This document shows positions 59,518 through 64,000 of a stretch of 64,000 bases of DNA, piece after piece. The notes beneath the pieces are model-generated. The model was not told where the DNA came from and searched no databases. It saw only the letters and a program-made list of their open reading frames with translations. The DNA lies in IMG/VR virus record IMGVR_UViG_3300020463_001984, positions 1-64,000 of that record. One strand, 5' to 3'. The DNA comes from a virus. Every line of letters begins with the position of its first letter. Within the stretch, counting starts at the first letter, position 1. The position numbers and the translations under genes are program-made.

Positions 59518-60276
59518 ATGAGTGATATTGTAACCCAAAAACAAGAGATATTCGATTACGTGTCCGCAATGCTAGGCGGGGGCATGATCGACGTTGAATT
59601 AGACCCTCAACACTATGAGATCTCACTACGTACAGCATTTGACAAATTCCGTCAACGGTCAGATAATTCTGTTGAAGAAAGTTATGTGTTTTTAGACACT
59701 GTTATTGACCAGAATGATTATACGTTGGCAAATGAGATTGTTGAAGTAAGAAAACTTTTCAGAAGAAGCATTGGTAGTAGAACTGGTGGTGGAGATGGTG
59801 GTACATTATTTGAACCATTCAATCTTGCATATACAAACACCTACTTACTTTCTAGTTCAAACATGGGTGGACTAGCAACTTATAATATGTTTGCAAGTTA
59901 CCAAGAATTAGTAGGTAGAATGTTTGGATCTTTCATTGAATTTAAATGGAATACCACAACTAAAAAACTAACTTTGTTACAAAGACCAAGAGCAGAAGAA
60001 ACTATACTTTTATATGTTTACAATCATAGACCAGATAGTGAACTAATGAATGATTATCTTGCAAAGCAATGGATCAAAGATTATACGTTAGCAAAATGTA
60101 AGTATATGTTAGGCGAAGCAAGAAGTAAGTTTGCCACTATTGCTGGTCCACAGGGTGGATCAACACTTAATGGTGATGCACTCAAACAAGAAGCACAGGC
60201 AGAACTAGATAAATTAGAAGAAGACCTAAAACTGCAGGTTGCAGGCGGACAAGGTTACGGTTTCACAATCGGCTAA
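59518..60276 (+). CDS. gp13: Neck protein (T4 gp13-like), start revised to MSDIV
   Basis: LGGGMIDVEL, WIKDYTLA..K..LG..RSKF...GPQGG..LNG..L..EA..E. Confidence 0.85.
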   Translation: MSDIVTQKQEIFDYVSAMLGGGMIDVELDPQHYEISLRTAFDKFRQRSDNSVEESYVFLDTVIDQNDYTLANEIVEVRKLFRRSIGSRTGGGDGGTLFEPFNLAYTNTYLLSSSNMGGLATYNMFASYQELVGRMFGSFIEFKWNTTTKKLTLLQRPRAEETILLYVYNHRPDSELMNDYLAKQWIKDYTLAKCKYMLGEARSKFATIAGPQGGSTLNGDALKQEAQAELDKLEEDLKLQVAGGQGYGFTIG

Positions 60277-60283
60277 AAAGTTC

Positions 60284-60312
60284 TTGACATCCACTAAATT
60301 TTAGTATATACT
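60284..60312 (+). promoter_or_regulatory. Sigma70 promoter for dNMP kinase
   Basis: TTGACA, 17-nt spacer, TATACT. Confidence 0.8.
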
Positions 60313-60340
60313 AACTAGATAACATTAGGAATATACTCGC

Positions 60341-60952
60341 ATGATAATTGGCATTTGCGGATTAATTGGATCCGGTAAAGACACAGTAGCACAAACATTA
60401 ATAGATAACCATCAATTTGTAAAAACTTCATTTGCGGATAAGTTAAAAGACGCAGTTGCGGCCATGTTTAATTGGGATAGAGAATTGCTAGATGGTAAAA
60501 CAGATAAATCACGTGATTGGCGTGAACAAAAAGATGAATTTTGGACCAAAGAAACTGGTCGTGAAATAACACCAAGATTAGTACTACAAGAATTTGGTAC
60601 AGAGTGTATGCGTAATGGTTTCTTTGATGGTATTTGGGTTAGTTTAACAAAGCAACAACTTATACAAAATCCTGATACAAACTTTGTTATTACAGATGTA
60701 AGATTTCCTAATGAAGCAAAGATGATACTTGAAACAGGTGGACAAGTTTGGCGTGTAAAACGTGGATTAGATCCTATGTGGTTTAGAGTATATCAAGATA
60801 TAGGTGTTGAACCTAAAGATGTCCACCCTAGTGAATGGGCATGGGCAAATACACACTTTGATGTTATCATTGAAAATAACGGTACATTAGAAGAACTTAA
60901 AAGTCAGGTACAAGGTCGCCTTGTTTCCAACGCGAACCCACACGTTGCATAG
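60341..60952 (+). CDS. Deoxynucleoside monophosphate kinase (T4 gp1-like)
   Basis: IIGICGLIGSGKDT, FAD.LK, TPR..LQ..GTE, ITDVRFPNE, H.SE. Confidence 0.92.
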   Translation: MIIGICGLIGSGKDTVAQTLIDNHQFVKTSFADKLKDAVAAMFNWDRELLDGKTDKSRDWREQKDEFWTKETGREITPRLVLQEFGTECMRNGFFDGIWVSLTKQQLIQNPDTNFVITDVRFPNEAKMILETGGQVWRVKRGLDPMWFRVYQDIGVEPKDVHPSEWAWANTHFDVIIENNGTLEELKSQVQGRLVSNANPHVA

Positions 60953-61235
60953 TTCTTTGACAGTTAGCACACACAGTCTTTAAATTACTAAAATGCACAT
61001 CGTTTAAATTACCATTGATATGGTAAACATTGAACTGAACTTCTTCACCTTTAAAGCCACACTTATCGCATTCTGTTTTCATACGGTATCCGGCTTTATA
61101 CCAGTTAGGTACTCCATGGCTTTTGCCATTGTGTAGACACGTTTCACATTGTTTCCTATAATAAGTTTTATTACCTTTCTTATAGTTGACTGCCGCCGGT
61201 CTTTGTTTACAATAGTTACATAAAGGTCTGCTCAT
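60897..61235 (-). CDS. Zinc-finger / HNH-like protein, possibly degenerate
   Basis: Four CxxC pairs; VYHINGNLND..NLKTVCANCQ. Confidence 0.7.
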   Translation of the reverse strand: MSRPLCNYCKQRPAAVNYKKGNKTYYRKQCETCLHNGKSHGVPNWYKAGYRMKTECDKCGFKGEEVQFNVYHINGNLNDVHFSNLKTVCANCQRTMQRVGSRWKQGDLVPDF

Positions 61236-61303
61236 AATAGTATTTACCTCACCTTTTTGCCCCCTTTTTCAGGCAGTATTTACACTAGATTTTGGAAGAG
61301 TTG

Positions 61304-61311
61304 TATAAATA
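61304..61311 (+). promoter_or_regulatory. T4 late promoter for tail sheath
   Basis: Exact TATAAATA upstream of AGGAG SD and ATG. Confidence 0.8.
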
Positions 61312-61344
61312 CTAATAACATAAGATCCAATAGGAGAACAAAAA

Positions 61345-64000
61345 ATGGCAAATTTAGTATCACCAGGTGTACAGGTTAGTGTTATAGACGAATCGTTCTA
61401 TACCCCGGCTGAACCAGGCACTACGCCGATGATTTTTGTTATCACTGCACAGGACAAGAAAAACGGTAGTGGTACAGCAACAGCGGCAGGAACAACAAAA
61501 GCAAAAGCAGGAACACCATACTTAATAACTTCACAAAGAGAGTTAACAGAAACTTTTGGTGACCCAACTTTTTATACAGATTCAAACAACAATCCAATTC
61601 ATGGTGGAGAACTTAATGAATACGGATTACAAGCGGCATACTCATATTTAGGTGTAGCCAATAGAGCATACATTACTAGAGCAGATGTAAACACAACTGA
61701 ACTAGTTGCAACTGCTAACGCACCAGCGGCAAATCCAGCGGCAGGTACATATTGGTTTGACACTGGAAATTCAAGATATGGTATATTTGAATGGAATGGC
61801 TCATCTGCAACAGTAACAGGTGGACAATCTTTTACAAATAAGATTCCGTACATTATTACATCAACTACAGAACAAGTTGGTAACGTAGCATCAGGTGATC
61901 CAAAAACATCTGTAGGAGCAGTTGGTGATTATGCTCTTGTTACAACAACTACTGTAAACAAGTTATACTACAAAAACTCCGATGGTAACTGGGTAAAAGT
62001 TGGAACTAGTGCATGGGTAGGTAGCCATCCTGCTGTGACTGGATCTACAAGCAATCCAACTGTAACAGGCTCAGCAACTATGGTAATTAACTCTACAACA
62101 ATTACAGCAAGTGGTACTGCATTATCAAATGTCGTAAGTGATATTAATGGTGCTGGTATATCTGGTGTAAGTGCAAAAGCAGTTAACGGTAGATTAGCAA
62201 TTTTCTCAACAACAAATAACATTGTTATTGCTGAAGGTACAGGATTACTAGCAGAGGTAGGAATTACAGCAGGTACTTATTACTTGCCTAAATTAAATAT
62301 TGCTCCTCATACAAGTGTTCCAGAATTTAAATCAACAGACACAAATCCAAGACCAACTGGATCTGTTTGGTTTAAAACTTCACAAAGCAACTTAGGTGCA
62401 AATCTTAAAGTTAAAAACTTTAACGGTAACACAAACCTTTGGACAGATATTGGTGCTCCAATTTACGCAACTAACATGGCGGCGTTAAAAGCACTTGATT
62501 CAACAGGTGGTGGATTAAACCTAGCAGTTGGTACTGTATATGTACAGTCAAACACAACTGAAGCGGCGGCTGTTGAGGCAGACTTTAAAATCTTTAGACG
62601 TAAAAACACAGGTTCAACTACTGTAACTTCAAGCATAATTGCGGCACAGGTTTCAGCAGGAACTTATGCATTTACAATTAGTGAATCAACTACAAACTCA
62701 GACGCAATGTCAAGTCCAGTAACAGTAAGTATTACTCCAACTGGGGCGGCAACTGACTCAGAAATACTAGCGGCAGGAATTAATGGTGCTGGTTTAACAA
62801 ATGTTAGTGCAAGTGTTGATTCAAGCAACAGAGTTGTTATTGCTCATAACGATGGCGGTGACATTAGATTAGTTGACACAAACGGCGGTTTAGCATTATA
62901 CGGTTATGCGGCATACGTGAGTGCATCAAGTGGTACAGCAAACTTATACTTTGTACCAGGCACAAACAGTTCAACAAATCCTAAGCAGTTTTTAGCAAGT
63001 AACTGGCAGGTGTTAACTTACACTGCAAGTTCATCGGCTCCAACTGCTTTAACAACTGACAATACTTTATGGTACAATTCAGTTGTTGATGAAGTAGACT
63101 TACTAATCCACAATGGTACAGATTTTGTAGGATATCAAAACTATCAGTCAGGAAGTATTAACTATAATACAACTGATCCATTAGGACCACAAGTAAGTGC
63201 AACAGAACCAACTACACAGTCAGATACTTCTGCACTAGTAGAAGGTGATGTTTGGATTTCAACAGCAGACTTAGAAAACTATCCTAAGATTTATGTTTGG
63301 AATGCAACTACTTTAAAATGGGCATTGAAAGATAACACAGATCAAACTACAGAAGACGGTGTTCTTTTTGCTGACGTAAGATACAATACAAGCGGTGCTA
63401 CAAGTGGTACACAAGGAACTATTGTTTCATTACTAACAAGCAACTACATGGACACTGACGCTCCTGATCCAGCACTATATCCAAAAGGTATGTTGTTATG
63501 GAATACAAGAAGAAGCGGATTCAACGTTAAGAAATTTAGAAGAAACTACGTTGATACTACTGCAAACAACTTACGTGGTAGTGATGCAGGCAACAGTATG
63601 TCAGCATACTACGAACATAGATGGGTAACTGAAAGTGCAAATCAATCAGATGGAGCAGGTTCATTTGGTAGAAAAGCACAAAGAAAAGTAATTGTACAAC
63701 AATTACAATCAATGGTTAATAGCAACCAAGAAATTAGAGATGATGAATCAAGAATCTTTAACTTACTTGCTACACCAGGATATCCAGAACTAATTGGTGA
63801 GATGAAATCATTAAACAGTGATAGAGGCTTAACAGCATTTATCGTTGGTGACTCTCCATTCAGATTAACAAGCGATGCAACAACTTTAAACAATTGGGGT
63901 AAGAATGTTAATTTGGCAACAGAAGATAATGATAACGGACTTGTTACAAGTGATGAATACTTGGGCGTATTTTATCCAAGTTTATTTACTAGCGACAACG
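61345..64000 (+). CDS. gp18: Tail sheath protein (T4 gp18 family), 3'-truncated by window edge
   Basis: MANLVSPGVQVSVIDESFY, TSQREL...FG.P, ELNEYGL.AA; long frame, with ATPGYPEL near the window end. Confidence 0.9.
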   Translation, partial: MANLVSPGVQVSVIDESFYTPAEPGTTPMIFVITAQDKKNGSGTATAAGTTKAKAGTPYLITSQRELTETFGDPTFYTDSNNNPIHGGELNEYGLQAAYSYLGVANRAYITRADVNTTELVATANAPAANPAAGTYWFDTGNSRYGIFEWNGSSATVTGGQSFTNKIPYIITSTTEQVGNVASGDPKTSVGAVGDYALVTTTTVNKLYYKNSDGNWVKVGTSAWVGSHPAVTGSTSNPTVTGSATMVINSTTITASGTALSNVVSDINGAGISGVSAKAVNGRLAIFSTTNNIVIAEGTGLLAEVGITAGTYYLPKLNIAPHTSVPEFKSTDTNPRPTGSVWFKTSQSNLGANLKVKNFNGNTNLWTDIGAPIYATNMAALKALDSTGGGLNLAVGTVYVQSNTTEAAAVEADFKIFRRKNTGSTTVTSSIIAAQVSAGTYAFTISESTTNSDAMSSPVTVSITPTGAATDSEILAAGINGAGLTNVSASVDSSNRVVIAHNDGGDIRLVDTNGGLALYGYAAYVSASSGTANLYFVPGTNSSTNPKQFLASNWQVLTYTASSSAPTALTTDNTLWYNSVVDEVDLLIHNGTDFVGYQNYQSGSINYNTTDPLGPQVSATEPTTQSDTSALVEGDVWISTADLENYPKIYVWNATTLKWALKDNTDQTTEDGVLFADVRYNTSGATSGTQGTIVSLLTSNYMDTDAPDPALYPKGMLLWNTRRSGFNVKKFRRNYVDTTANNLRGSDAGNSMSAYYEHRWVTESANQSDGAGSFGRKAQRKVIVQQLQSMVNSNQEIRDDESRIFNLLATPGYPELIGEMKSLNSDRGLTAFIVGDSPFRLTSDATTLNNWGKNVNLATEDNDNGLVTSDEYLGVFYPSLFTSDN

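Noticed and set aside
1008-63893. Many antisense or alternate-frame ORFs in the track (e.g. 1948..2661-, 6964..7770-, 46099..46596-, 61599..63893-)
   Set aside because: They shadow long, motif-bearing genes and show composition typical of reverse-complemented biased codons, with no SD or promoter support.
1-64000. Stop-codon reassignment, CRISPR array, introns or inteins
   Set aside because: TAG, TGA and TAA all terminate genes cleanly with dense coding; no spaced direct-repeat array; core genes appear uninterrupted.

Overview
64-kb, AT-rich segment of a large T4-like (myovirus) phage genome, mostly the virion morphogenesis region. In order it carries: the 3' part of a dihydroorotate dehydrogenase; a gp26-like hub/tail-chaperone gene with an apparent -1 frameshift extension; a probable tape measure; portal gp20; scaffold/core proteins; protease gp21; gp22; major capsid gp23; about 40 kb of modular, paralogous fibre/appendage proteins; a self-contained operon of three ~10%-cysteine Gly-rich proteins plus two tail-fibre-chaperone-like proteins; a nitrilase / GT9-like / SGNH-like / carbamoyltransferase block; an ADP-heptose block (hldE, hldD, cupin, Nudix); neck and tail-completion genes gp15/gp14/gp13; dNMP kinase; an HNH-like gene; and the 5' part of tail sheath gp18. 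T4-type late promoters (NTAAATA) precede most units. Main observations: (1) an unannotated ~230-nt multi-helix ncRNA with its own sigma70 promoter right after gp23, plus two structured 5' leaders; (2) a late-expressed heptose synthesis, glycosyltransferase and carbamoyltransferase set among virion genes, suggesting virion glycosylation; (3) the Cys-rich adhesin-like/chaperone cassette; (4) phycobiliprotein-like C-x-R-D motifs and amicyanin-like Cu-site motifs inside giant structural proteins; (5) a slippery site plus stem/pseudoknot frameshift signal; (6) apparently leaderless late mRNAs; (7) apparent avoidance of GCWGC and AGCT. All protein calls come from motif recognition by eye; no database searches were run.
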